64,000 nt of DNA from Lama glama (lineage: Eukaryota): assembly GCA_028534125.1 (NCBI GenBank), contig CM052816.1, forward strand, positions 5,024,001-5,088,000, in the 5' to 3' direction. This document shows positions 1 through 11,400 of the stretch, piece after piece; the first letter of the stretch is position 1, and every line of letters begins with the position of its first letter. A program made the translations under genes and the position numbers. The notes beneath the pieces were generated by a model that had not been told where the DNA came from, searched no databases, and worked only from the letters and a program-made list of their open reading frames with translations.

Positions 1-930
1 CCTCAGCCCTGGAGGCAGATGGCTCAGCTTCTCCCAAGAACACAAACAGCTGGAGAGCAGAGGCTGGCGTAATGGGAGTTGTAGTCCTCAGGAGAGCAGC
101 CCCCTCCCCGTCATTTCCCACTTAGGAAATAGAATTTGTGCTTTTCCAAAAACACATGTGGCACAAGAAAAAGTGTTAGGAAGCCTGGATTTTGCCAGAA
201 ACTGTGTGGAGTTTGGAACAAGTCAGTTCTGCTATCTAGGCCTACCTCCTTAGCTATAAAATGGAAGAGGGAGATCAGATGATCTTTGAGGTCTTTTTTT
301 TTTTTTTTAGTTCTAATAATTTCACAAGATATTTACACAGGAACCATGCACATTTATATAAAGATGATATATCTTAACACCTATAAAATCGGAAACTTCA
401 TCAACCATCGAGCATATCCAGGAACCCAGAATCTGAAAGAATCAGGCTGCAGGCAAATAAAATTTAAAATTAAACTGTCTGCTTCTCCCACCCCTATCCC
501 ATTCCCCTGCCCTGTATTCAGATTTTTGAGGTCATGAACATCACCTATGGCTTCACTGTGTCATTTACCTAGATTGGGGATTCTGCAATAAAAAGCCTGC
601 ACAGTCAAAATCATCTGCTTCCAGAAGAACCACCCTTAAAAGTATCCAATTTGGCTAATCTCACAATATATATCAAATTCCCTTTAAGAAGGAATCAGTT
701 CATTGTTATAAAGGATTAGAATATTTACTTTAAGTGTATTTCATTTCCTTCTCTTCTCTGAGTGCATTCTCATAGTAAATGCTAGTCCCTATTCTCTTCC
801 TATATACTTTCTCATTGGAAAATCAAAGTTACATAGTACTACTTTAATAAACAGGGCCAAGAAGCATGCCTTATACATCTTGGTATCCCCTGTGGCTAGC
901 ATTGTATCTGGCACACAATAAATGTTTCTT

Positions 931-1069
931 TTTTCTTTTTATTTTTTACAGGGGGGAGGTAATTAGTTTTATTTATTTTGTTAGTTTTTCAATGGAGGCA
1001 CTGGGGATTGAACCCAGGACCTCGTGCATGCTAAGCACATGCTTTACCACTTGAACTATACCTCGCCCC
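931..1069 (-). mobile_element. tRNA-Ala-derived SINE (camelid vic-1-like) with TSD
   Basis: Minus strand reads GGGGCGAGGTATAGTTCAAGTGGTAAAGCATGTGCTTAGCATGCACGAGGTCCTGGGTTCAATCCCCAG (pol III A and B boxes) plus an A-rich tail; TSD-like acaataaatgtttctt 915-930 and acaataactatttctt 1070-1085. Confidence 0.85.
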
Positions 1070-1161
1070 ACAATAACTATTTCTTGAAAGAATGATTAAT
1101 ATCTTAGAAAAAGACATGCTCTATTTTACCTTTTGTATTAAAAAACAAAACAAACAAAAAC

Positions 1162-1183
1162 CACACACACACACACACACACA
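1162..1183. repeat. (CA)11 microsatellite
   Basis: Read directly. Confidence 0.9.
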
Positions 1184-4100
1184 AAATATCCAATCCATTA
1201 TTTGTGGCTAATAGAAGCTGATCTCATGCCTTTGTGTCTCTGCAATCTGAATGCCCAGTCCTGTATTTACTGACATCAGTGCAGTCTGTACTTTTTGCAG
1301 ACTCAACTGGTGTAAGAGCACTGAATTCAAGTTCTCCCACTAAGTAGCTGTATAATTTGAAGCTGAATAGTGAATATTTCTATGCCTCCATTTCTTCAAA
1401 TTGAAAATGTGAGCATCAGAATAGATGAGCTTAAGACATCTTCTAGTTCTGAGATGGGAGACTTCAAAAGGTAGAAAAAAGAGAGAAGCAGCACCATAAA
1501 AATGTAATGATTATAGAACCTTAACATATTACATATTTAATCATTGTTATTTGCCGTATTTTATTTGCCAAAATTTCTAACTTGAGCACTACCACTGGCA
1601 AACAATGTTAAGGAACTTCTTTGGGTGAAGACACATCTGTCCACTATATTTGAGGTCTCCCCTAGAAACTTTCTGACTCGGTTCAGTAAAAATTCAAAAC
1701 AAGTCTACAGACATAGAGGGGCACAGAAAACAAGCTGCTTTGGCATAAAATATTCAGAAGAATGATACGGTTGTGTAGCTTAGAGGAGTCAGCTATCTAG
1801 ATAAACATCTCGGGACATAGCACATGGGCTTACTGGCTCAGCCAAAGAACAAAAGGTATATTAAGTAATACTTCGTTGCTTCTAATGAAATCAGAGGTCA
1901 AGCAATAATGCTATGACTCATACAGTTAAAGGGGCCTTCCCACCACTGGAAGATACAGTCACTTTCCCTTTGGCCAGAAGGCTTATGTGGAGCAAAGGGT
2001 TCCAAGTTTAAACTTATATATCAGCCCTTAATCACTCAGTCCCAGGAACACGAGAAGGAGGGGGAGACTCAGAAAAATTTATCCTGTCATACATTCAAGT
2101 GGAAATCTCAAACATATTCCTAATTATTCTCCTTCTAGCCAGATCTTGTTTGTATTTTAAAAGGCATTCATGCATGGCATTCCTATCTGTTTACTTTTCC
2201 ACAGAGCTGTTCATTGGTTTCAGAAAAACCATGGTCCTTGTTTTGAAACTAACCAACAAACAAATAACAAAGAATACAAAACTGAACCAACTCAAGTTAG
2301 AACTACTCTTTAAATCCTGGTTAAATCATTCTTTTCTCTTACAGCAACAACTCTTTTTTTTTTTTAAGCAACTCTTTAATTACTGGGGGGAAATGAAGAG
2401 GTAATGAGGAGGTAATAATTAAGTTTTTTTAAAGGCTTATAATGTGTTCTAAGCATTGCTAGACCTAGCGCCACTCGTCCCCTCTCCTCCACTACTTTTC
2501 TTCCTTTCTGGTGTTTTCCTGGCTAGTCCTGCTTATTTGTTTCTTCACTTAAATTTTAGAATGAGTTTGCCTGATTCCAGGAACAGCCACAAGCCAACAA
2601 ATGTGTTGGTGTTTGAACTGAGATAACTCTGAATTTCTAACTTAATTTAAGGAAAACTACTGTCCTTATGATGCCGAGTCTTTCTGGCCAGTTATGTGGT
2701 GTGTCTTCCTGTTTGCTCATGTCCACTTTTGTGTCCTTCAGGAACGGGAACATTTTCCTCATCTAGGTTTTGCACATTTCTTGTTAAAGTTACTGAGTAT
2801 TTTGTTGTTGTCTCATCCGTTATTTCTTCTAACTAGTTACATATACATATAGGTTATTGATTTCTGAACCTCCATCTTACATCTTACCAGCTAATTCACT
2901 TCTCTTACTGTTGTGTTAGTTTTACAATGGATTCTCATGGGTTTTCCTGATATACAATCATAGTATCTAAAAATAATAATAGTTTTACCTCTTCTTTCCC
3001 AATTCTTTACCTGGACTTATTTTCTTTTGTCTAAGTGCCCAATTATCTTAACACCTGACTCCATGTTAAAAGTAGTGGTGATGGTGAGCATAATTCTCTT
3101 GTCCTGGACTTTAACAGGCATGTGCTATCTTAAATTTTAACCCCAACTCCAGGCCCAGTTCCTCTCCATCCCCATCCTGGACCCCTTCTTAAAAGCCGTT
3201 CCCTCCCCAGTCACTGGGCTTCATCCACTATCCTGTATTGCTAGATTTGGTCCCAAGTGTCCCGGTCCTGTACTGCCCTGTGAGCCCCAGTGTATCCACT
3301 CAGGGCCACAGGGCCTTCCACAGAGAAGGACCCCAGCCAATCATCCTTGGTTGATTACAATAGGTGCATTAATTTCATCATGTTGGTAATACCTCCCTCA
3401 GTTTTGGAGACTTCGGGAAGAACCTGTCCTGAACAATCCAAACTTCCAGCTTCTGTTTTCTGCCAAGAAGGAGTGGGAGTTGGGAGTAGGTGAGGACATT
3501 TTCAAGAGCCAGCTCCTGCCCCCTGCACCTCCAGTGACGGCCAGTTCTCATCTCACTCTGCCCTCGTTACCTTTACCCACCCACAGCGCACTGCCTAATC
3601 AGCCTGGGCAGGCAGTGAAGCCCCTCCTTCCCACTGCCAAGGCACTCGGCCAACCCCCAAGGGCAAACGGCTGCCAGACTCCAGGGAGGCTCACAACCAC
3701 CTCAGAATGAGTCTAAAACCCGTTTCTGAGGCTCCATACAGAGAGATTCTGACTTGGAGAGTAGCCTGGAAATCTGGCTTGCAGCCAGCCCCTAAGTGAC
3801 TCCAATGCAGGGGTTCCTGAGGCACATCTGGGGAAAACACGGGCCGATGAACCACACCCTCTGCTTGATTCATCTGCTGCACATATGCTAAGCAGATACC
3901 GTGTGAAGGCCCCAGGAAGGATACACAGGGAGCCTGCGCTTATGACATTTACTGCCTCCCAGCAGAGACCGCAGGAGTGGCAGACACTTTCTCCCCATTT
4001 TCCTCTCAGGAAACTGTCCTTGGAGAGGACAATCTGACCAAGATCACATGACTAGTAAGTGACTGACGCAACTGACATGTGACCTTGAGAAAGCTGTCAG

Positions 4101-4607
4101 ATTCCAAGGTTCACTGTCCCAATGATTTCTGTATATAAATATCTTTTGAATCACGTTGAGCAGTTTACGAAATGCTTAAATTTCGGTCAGCATTACAAAT
4201 CCAGCCCATGTGTGTGGTACTCTGGACTTCACAGAGGTTAAGGAGGCTGTCCAAGCGAGTCTCAGGCAGGACCCTGGATCCTTGAGGCCATGTGAGGTTG
4301 GCACTTAGAGTACAGTGGGGGTTCAGAGGACAGAGACTTCTTCTGAATGAGATGGGATTGTACTGAGGCGGAGAGTGAAGCTATTCAAAAAAAGGAATCC
4401 TCATAGCCCATCTCTTAGAAAGTCAACCAAAGTACGACTGCCAAGCCCCCTCAGTCATGTTACTGATGCCCAGATCAGTTCAGTCTCTGGAGGTGGCATC
4501 CACCAAAGGCTGGGTTTTTTCTTTGTTTTCAGTTTGTTTTGTTTTTGAATTTGGTTAACTCCCAGGTGATTCTATTGAGAAGTCAGCAATAAAAATCACA
4601 GCTATCC

Positions 4608-4673
4608 CACCATAGCCAAGACATGGAAACAACCTAAATGTTCATTGACAGATGGGTGGATAAAGAAGATGTG

Positions 4674-4718
<45 letters not shown>

Positions 4719-4950
4719 CACATATATATATGTGTGTGTGTATATATATATATACACACACACACACATACATACATACACACAATGGAATACTGCTCAG
4801 CCATAAAAAATAATAAAATAACGCCATTTGCAGCAGCAACATAGATGGACCTGGAGATCGTCGTTCTAAGTGAAGCCAGAAAGAAGAAAAAAATACCGTA
4901 TGATATCACTTATATGCAGAATCTAAAAGAAAAGGACACAAATGAACTAC
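4608..4950 (+). mobile_element. L1 fragment (ORF2 end/3'UTR start) with internal compound microsatellite
   Basis: atagccaagacatggaaacaacctaaatgttcattgacagatg...atggaatactgctcagccataaaaa...atggacctggaga are typical L1 motifs. Confidence 0.88.
4672..4783. repeat. Compound (TG)n(TA)n..(TG)n(TA)n(CA)n microsatellite
   Basis: Read directly. Confidence 0.95.
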
Positions 4951-5372
4951 TTACTATTTATAACTTAGATAATTGATTTCTTGAATATGTGTAAGCACAT
5001 TTGACTGTCCTTTATGACTGGATTACCACATTCTGTTGATTCTTATTTTGTGGTTGGCTTTATTCCTTTGATAACTATGTAAGTTTAAAAACCTAAAGCT
5101 CTAAACTGCTCTTAGAAACAATGAACAGTACATATATGTAAATTTTAAAATGATTTTATCTCTCAGTGAGTTGCTCCTCCTCGAAAAAACTTTACCAAAA
5201 AAGAAAAAGCACATTAAAAAAATTCTGACATAATGAACTAATGCTGAAGAAAGAAAATTCTTCTAAAAAAAAAAAATCACTGCTAGCCATTCACCTCAAC
5301 TTTCTCCATTCCCTACTTCCTTGATTGCATGGGACAGTGACCTCCAGACTCAGCTGTGCTGTCTTATTCCAG

Positions 5373-5420
5373 ATGAAAGGAGAAGCGGGAAGTATGCTGC
5401 ACAGTGAGAAGCCAAAGCAG
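5373..5420 (+). CDS. FAXDC2: FAXDC2 coding exon 1 (MKGEAGSMLHSEKPKQ)
   Basis: ttattccAG|ATG acceptor; CAG|GTAAAT donor; 48 nt. Confidence 0.92.
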
Positions 5421-8400
5421 GTAAATGCCAGCACCCAACCCACCACACTGGTGAGAACGCAGCAGTGTCCCCACATCTGCACTTGCAGCATTACTGACAT
5501 CTCCCACGAGGTTTAGGTATAGTGATCCCATCAGTGATGTGCTTGTTTCAGTAGCTGAGCAGAATCACTTGACTCCAAGCTGCCTTAAAACCAAAGCCTC
5601 TTTGCCTGCAGGAAATTGCCGGAAAAGCCCCATAGCTGTCCTACCACAGTCTCTGGCCGTAGAAAACCCCACACTTCAGGCGTGGAACCACTTCTTTCTA
5701 CAGCTGCTCAGGGAAAAAGAGAGGCCCACTGGGGGTTGGGAACCATCTGTTGACTCCAGATAAGATCTGTGCTGCTGCTCCTGCACCTCACAGAGTCCTC
5801 TGTCCTGTCTGCTCCCTGCACTAGGGCTGCTGCAGAGAGAAAACAGCACAGTGCCCGGAAACAGATCTAATCCTAGACGTGGAACTGATGTTTTAAATTT
5901 GACTTAGCTTGATTTGATTAAACTCAAATGAAAAGTTCCTAGTGCCTGGAAAAGCTCATGAAAAGCATCCTGTGAATCCTTAAAAAAAGAATAATTGGGA
6001 AAGCCCAAGGGTGATCTTTCAATGGCCTGTATGAAAGAACAAGTTTTTCTGGTCCTGGCAGTCCAGCCCTCAAGGGAGGAGAGAGACTCTGGGGAGAGAT
6101 ACTGAGAGCAAGAGAGACTAGGAGAGAGAGGAGGTCCTTTTCAGAGCTCAGGACCCTGAGGAGTACTAGGCCTTCAAAAACCTTTTCACTGATCATACAA
6201 AATGACTTACTATCTTCTTTTTGGTCTGTAGATCAAAAGTTGGGTGGGGTAAGCTAAGAAGAGATGATTCCGGGCAGATTTAGGTTGCTCTGAATGGGTC
6301 AACCAAAACAATGTGCTCCTTCAGACCTCCGAAGCCTGGATTAAAATGTCGGGTCCTGTTAGGTCAGCTTCCCCCACAGCAGTGCCCAGGCCCGGTTCAC
6401 TAACTGCAGATGAGTGGCAGGCACAGACCTACAGGGACCACCACCTCCAGTTCACTCTCATGAAGAACACAAGCAGGCTCCATCCAGCCTTAGAACCATA
6501 GGATGTAACGGACATCTGTCATTCCTGTCCACGGTACTACAGAAATTGGTGACATACCTGGTTTTTCTTCTCCAAATCTGGGACCTTTTTGTTTGACCAC
6601 TGAGCTCGCAATGATGGCTGCTGTAGGCATTTGGAGGAGATCGTACAAGGACATCCCAGTGATTGCTGGGAGTCTGTTCGTTGCCCCTAGAACCACTCAC
6701 CATCATGTTCACCTGGCAGCCTGGTCTAATCTACTAGAAAGCAGAGGAGTAATTACAAGTCAGAACATGTGTTTATTCACTCTTCTCATCAGGGGCAAAA
6801 GAGGTGATAGGGTGGGAAAACAGGCCTGGCCCATGAACACAGTGAAGTTCCCGTGTCCTCATCAGGGATTCAGCAGGTCCTTCTGTGATGGCCGTCTTAG
6901 CCTTGCCTGCCCACTGGAATTAGCTGGGGAGCTTTAAAAAATAGGGAGGCCCAGGTCCCACCCCAGACACTCTTATGTAATTGCTTGGGGGAGGATCCTG
7001 GACCTAGGGAGTTCTAAAAAGCTCTGAGGTGATTCCAATGTGTAGATAATCAGCACCTCCGTTCAACAAGAGGACTGGTGCTGAAATCCCATGGCTCTTG
7101 GAAGGATCGCCTGTCCTCCTCTGGGTGACAAAATTATCTGCTAGTTTCTCTGAGTCAAGTTTGCTCTCTCCTCTGCCCCAACCTTGAGCTCTCATTATCA
7201 CCCACACAGCCTCGGAGATCCTGATAAGGAAGAGGCTCCCATAGAAGCTGGGACAGGTCAACATGTGCACCGCATGGGTGTGACTAACATCCTGATATCA
7301 CAACCCTCCTGCCAGGCCTCAGCAGGGAGCTGCATGTATAGGCAGGAGGCTTGTTGGGGCCTGTCACTCTCTTGTCCTCCCCCAGGAGGGACACCTCTGG
7401 GGCTCCATGAGAAGGACGGCTTTCATCCTGGGCTCTGGCCTTCTCCTGCTTGTGGCTCTCTGGAACTCGGTCACATGGTGAGTCTGCTCCACCAGCTCTA
7501 ACTCAGGACCTGGGGGCCGGGGGGTCATGATCTGGGGGCAGGGCACGGATTAAGGAGCTGTCTACTCACCAGTCTTCACCCAGAAACTTGAATGAGTTTT
7601 CTTCCAAGGCATATTCAGAGATTCTGGGGTGCTTCTGGCTGCTTTTGGCAAGCCCAGTGGGAGAGGCTGCTGTCTACATGCGAAGGGCAGGAGTGGATCC
7701 TCTACATTCTCGGTGAGATTCCCAGGCCACCAGCGCTGAGGTTTGGGTACATGGTTATAGCTAAATCCTTTTTCTATTGTTTTGTTCTTTACTTCGGGAC
7801 TTCTCAGTGTATTATTCCAAGGAATGAGGACTTAACGTTTAGAACAGTGGGAACCCCAAAGAATGCTAAACTTGTGGGCAATCTGGAATGTGTGTCTAAG
7901 TAAAGAAGTTGAAATCCTCTCCTTCCCCCAAATAGAAAAATAAAGAAATAGTTGGTGTGAGAATGAATGCATGTGTAGAGCAGTAATTACGCTTGTAGAT
8001 GCGCCAGGGCCACAAGTGCCGAGGACTGCTCTGTCTCACGTGGCTTTATGTCCTTGGAACTGGTGCAGTCTAGCTCTTGGGGCTCAACAGCAAATGCTCA
8101 CTCAGTATTACTGACAGTGCCAAATAAGTATTGACAGTCAAAACAAGTCTAGGAAAGCACAGAGGAAGAAAAAAGCCTATTGTAACACAGAAATTTATAA
8201 CAGCATCATCTACACTGGTGACACTGTCCCCACACATTCATTCACTCAAATAATATTTATTAAGGTTACTCTGTGCCAAACTCATAAGGAGGGTATAGAT
8301 ATATTTACAATAAAGTCTTATGGTATAGTGTCTATCCTGTTAAAAAAAATTATGTCACAGTCCTGCTGGAAGAAAATAAACAAACACACACACACAGAGA

Positions 8401-11400
8401 ACAATCAAAAAAACCTATGTCCAGTCCAGTCCAGAAGGGGAGATTTTAAAAAAAGTGTCAGCTGTCACAAAGCAAAAGTATAAGTAAAATCTTTCTGTCC
8501 AGTGTTTTTAGCTAGAAGGAGAACTTTGAAAATGGGCTGAATATGAAATATGGCAGGTAATGGAGTCTTAAGTTCTCATTGGAAAGAACAATGCAGATTG
8601 TAAACGTATGTGGGGAAAGTGGTGGGAAAACCCTTCATGCGTCTCTGTTACAATGATGGGAAAACTACCTATCACCTCTGTGATAAGCAAATACCAGAGA
8701 CAGAAAATATTTGCAATTTGAGACGTTAGAGCTGGAAGGTGTCCAGGATCACCTCTGGTGACTTGCATTCTGTACTCCTCAAGGAGCCCTTGGATTGACA
8801 GGTAGGCGGACACCTCAGGGACGGCCTGCTAGGCAACCACCAACTAACACTTTTTTTCCCCAAATAAAATCGTTTCTTACTTCTGAGGATAAAAGTAAAT
8901 ACATGACCATTGTTACAAGTAAAAGTCAGACAATTCAGATAAGCATAAAGAAGGTTAAGGTCACCCATCCTTCCATAGCCAAGAAGAAGGCCTCTATTCA
9001 TCTATCAGTATAAATCTCCTACATACTGGATATATGGCTGAACTTAAAAGACACTATCTTTTGACTGGTTTTTTTCCCACTGATTAGGCTATGGACATTT
9101 TTCCGTATCAGCTGATAAATACTTAATATTGTAAGCTGCCCTGTCTATTCCACTCTATGGAAATACCCTAATCAATTTCGTCCATTCTCTACTAACGGAC
9201 ATTTAGGTTACTTAAATGTTCTGTGGGGTTTTTTTAAATGCTAAGATGGACATTTGTGTGTTTGAATGCATGTGTCCTTTTTTCCTTCCTCCCTGTCTTT
9301 CTGTCTTTGACTCTCTGTCTCGCTCGCGTTCTCACTTCAGACACTGCCAAATTGCCTTCCAGAGTACATGTGCTCATCACATTTCCCCAGATTGCTAGCC
9401 AAGTATTTTTCAGGTATCAGCTGCAACAGGCAGGAGGGGCACAAGAGGAGGGATACAGAGACAGACCGTTAAGTAAGACACCCTTGCTCCTTGGGATATT
9501 AAATTTAGAGGTGGAGGCAAAGCACAGAAAAATAAAGTCGATACTATAAGAGTTAGATCACTGTAAGGTCACTAGAATGACTGCCTTTTGGGGTGGACAC
9601 AGTGCTTATTTATTCACAGTCAGAGACTAGAGATACTTGGGATGACTTCATGGAAATGCAGGATGTGGAGCAAAAGGCCATATCCAAATTTTAAGTGTTG
9701 ATCAGCATTTTCTAAAATATACTGCAGAACATGAGCACCGTGGGATGTTAATAGGTGGAATGGCCATATGATTTATCATCCAAATGGGCATTTGCAAGGG
9801 TGAAAAAGGGGTTTTAATAACGATGCTGGAATGTCGGATGTAAATTGAAACTGTCCTGGGCAAATAGGGACATGTGGCCATCCTATCCTGAGACGTTTTG
9901 AGAAAACAGTTCTGGGTAAAGAATAGCTTGGGAAAGGCTGAGTTTAACAAAGTCAAACGGGAGTTCCCAGAGCCGTTACCACAGTGGTCCGGACACTGAC
10001 TCTCCAAGAGGGTAGGGTATGAAGACTTTTCCAGGAGCCCCTTGAGAGATGGGTTTTCCCGTTCAGGAAGTACTGACAGGACATGTGAAGCCCCTCCGCT
10101 CATTTCGTAAGGTAACGGGGGTTAGGCGAGCCCTACACACTAAGCTCTTCCTTTGCTTCCTCGTTCCTCAGCAATTCATGAAGGGCTCACAGGGCAGACT
10201 CCCAAATGTCAACCTCAATTCACTTTATCTACAGTGTGTCATGTATCTCAGCATAAATCTTGTATTGTTTTTGTCTCCAACCACCTAGAAGGCTGTTGTC
10301 CCCATTTTACAGCTAAGAAAAGAAACAGAGACACTCCTTCAGTGACCTGTCCCAGTTCCCACAGCTAGTTTGTCACCCCAAGATAACAGCAGGACCCCTG
10401 GCCCTAAGCATGAAAATCTCCCTGGCAGGGGACCGTCTACAACACAGCCTCAGTCACCACCAAGCACATGTTCAGGTAATACACTCACGGCCAGAACCTG
10501 AGAGTGCCCTGATGGTTTCCTTCTGTTTCCCAACCTTAGGTGCCATCCAGGTGCCCTTTCTGGTCTACTGGAGCTTCAGTGGGCTTTTCCTGGTGGTTGA
10601 CACAACGGGAAAGCCTAACTTCATCTCCCGCTATCGAATTCAGGTCGGCAAGAATGAACCTGTAAGTGTTGCTGGGCTTCTCTGGTCAAAGCACAGAAAA
10701 CAAGAGCTAAAGGCACTCCCTCAGCATTCTCCCTGCTGGCCCAGGAGAGCCCATGGCCATTGGGAGCCAAGTGATCCCGTATAAGGCTACTCCAATTTAG
10801 AAAGTTCGAGAGAGGATATTCTACTCCCCAAATCCCAGAGCAGCCAGTCAAGACTAAAGTTCTGGTCTTCTGACTCCTGGCCCTGGCTCTCGAACTTGCT
10901 TGTGCAGCCTCAAGGCACTGCAGTCAGCACTTTAGGAACAGAAACGATTGTCTCAACCTGGCACTGGGCCGAGTCCCGGAGATGTCAGGCAGCTCTCCAC
11001 ATGTCCACAGGAGCAGGGACAGCGGTGGCGAGAAGCTGAAACCGTGGGAAACAGCCGCCCTTGTGAGGGAGGGAGACAGCTCCTAAAACAATGCAGCCCA
11101 CTATTAATAGAAGGAGAGGATGAATTCTGAATGTGTGGGTGGTGGTGGTTTTCTAAGCAGATCTCCCCTCCCAGTTAGTCAGTTCAACCACCAGTGCATA
11201 ATTTATCCACAATAAACAAGGCCTGCACCCTGCTGACAAGGAACTCCTGGCCCAAAGCAAAGAGAAGGCCAGCCACACACATCTCCGACTTACATCTGGG
11301 CCTGGGAAGTGAGCCCCCACTGCCCACTGCTCCCTGAGCCCGGCTTGGTGCTCTGACAACCCCCGGGAGCCTTTTATTACACAACAAGGAAGTTGATTCT

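Noticed and set aside
995..1069. tRNA-Ala gene (also 61657-61730)
   Set aside because: Cloverleaf is degenerate, and a SINE tail and TSDs are present; these are tRNA-derived SINEs, not tRNA genes.
4634..4909. VCVC/YIYI/HTHT ORFs on both strands
   Set aside because: Translations of the dinucleotide microsatellite.
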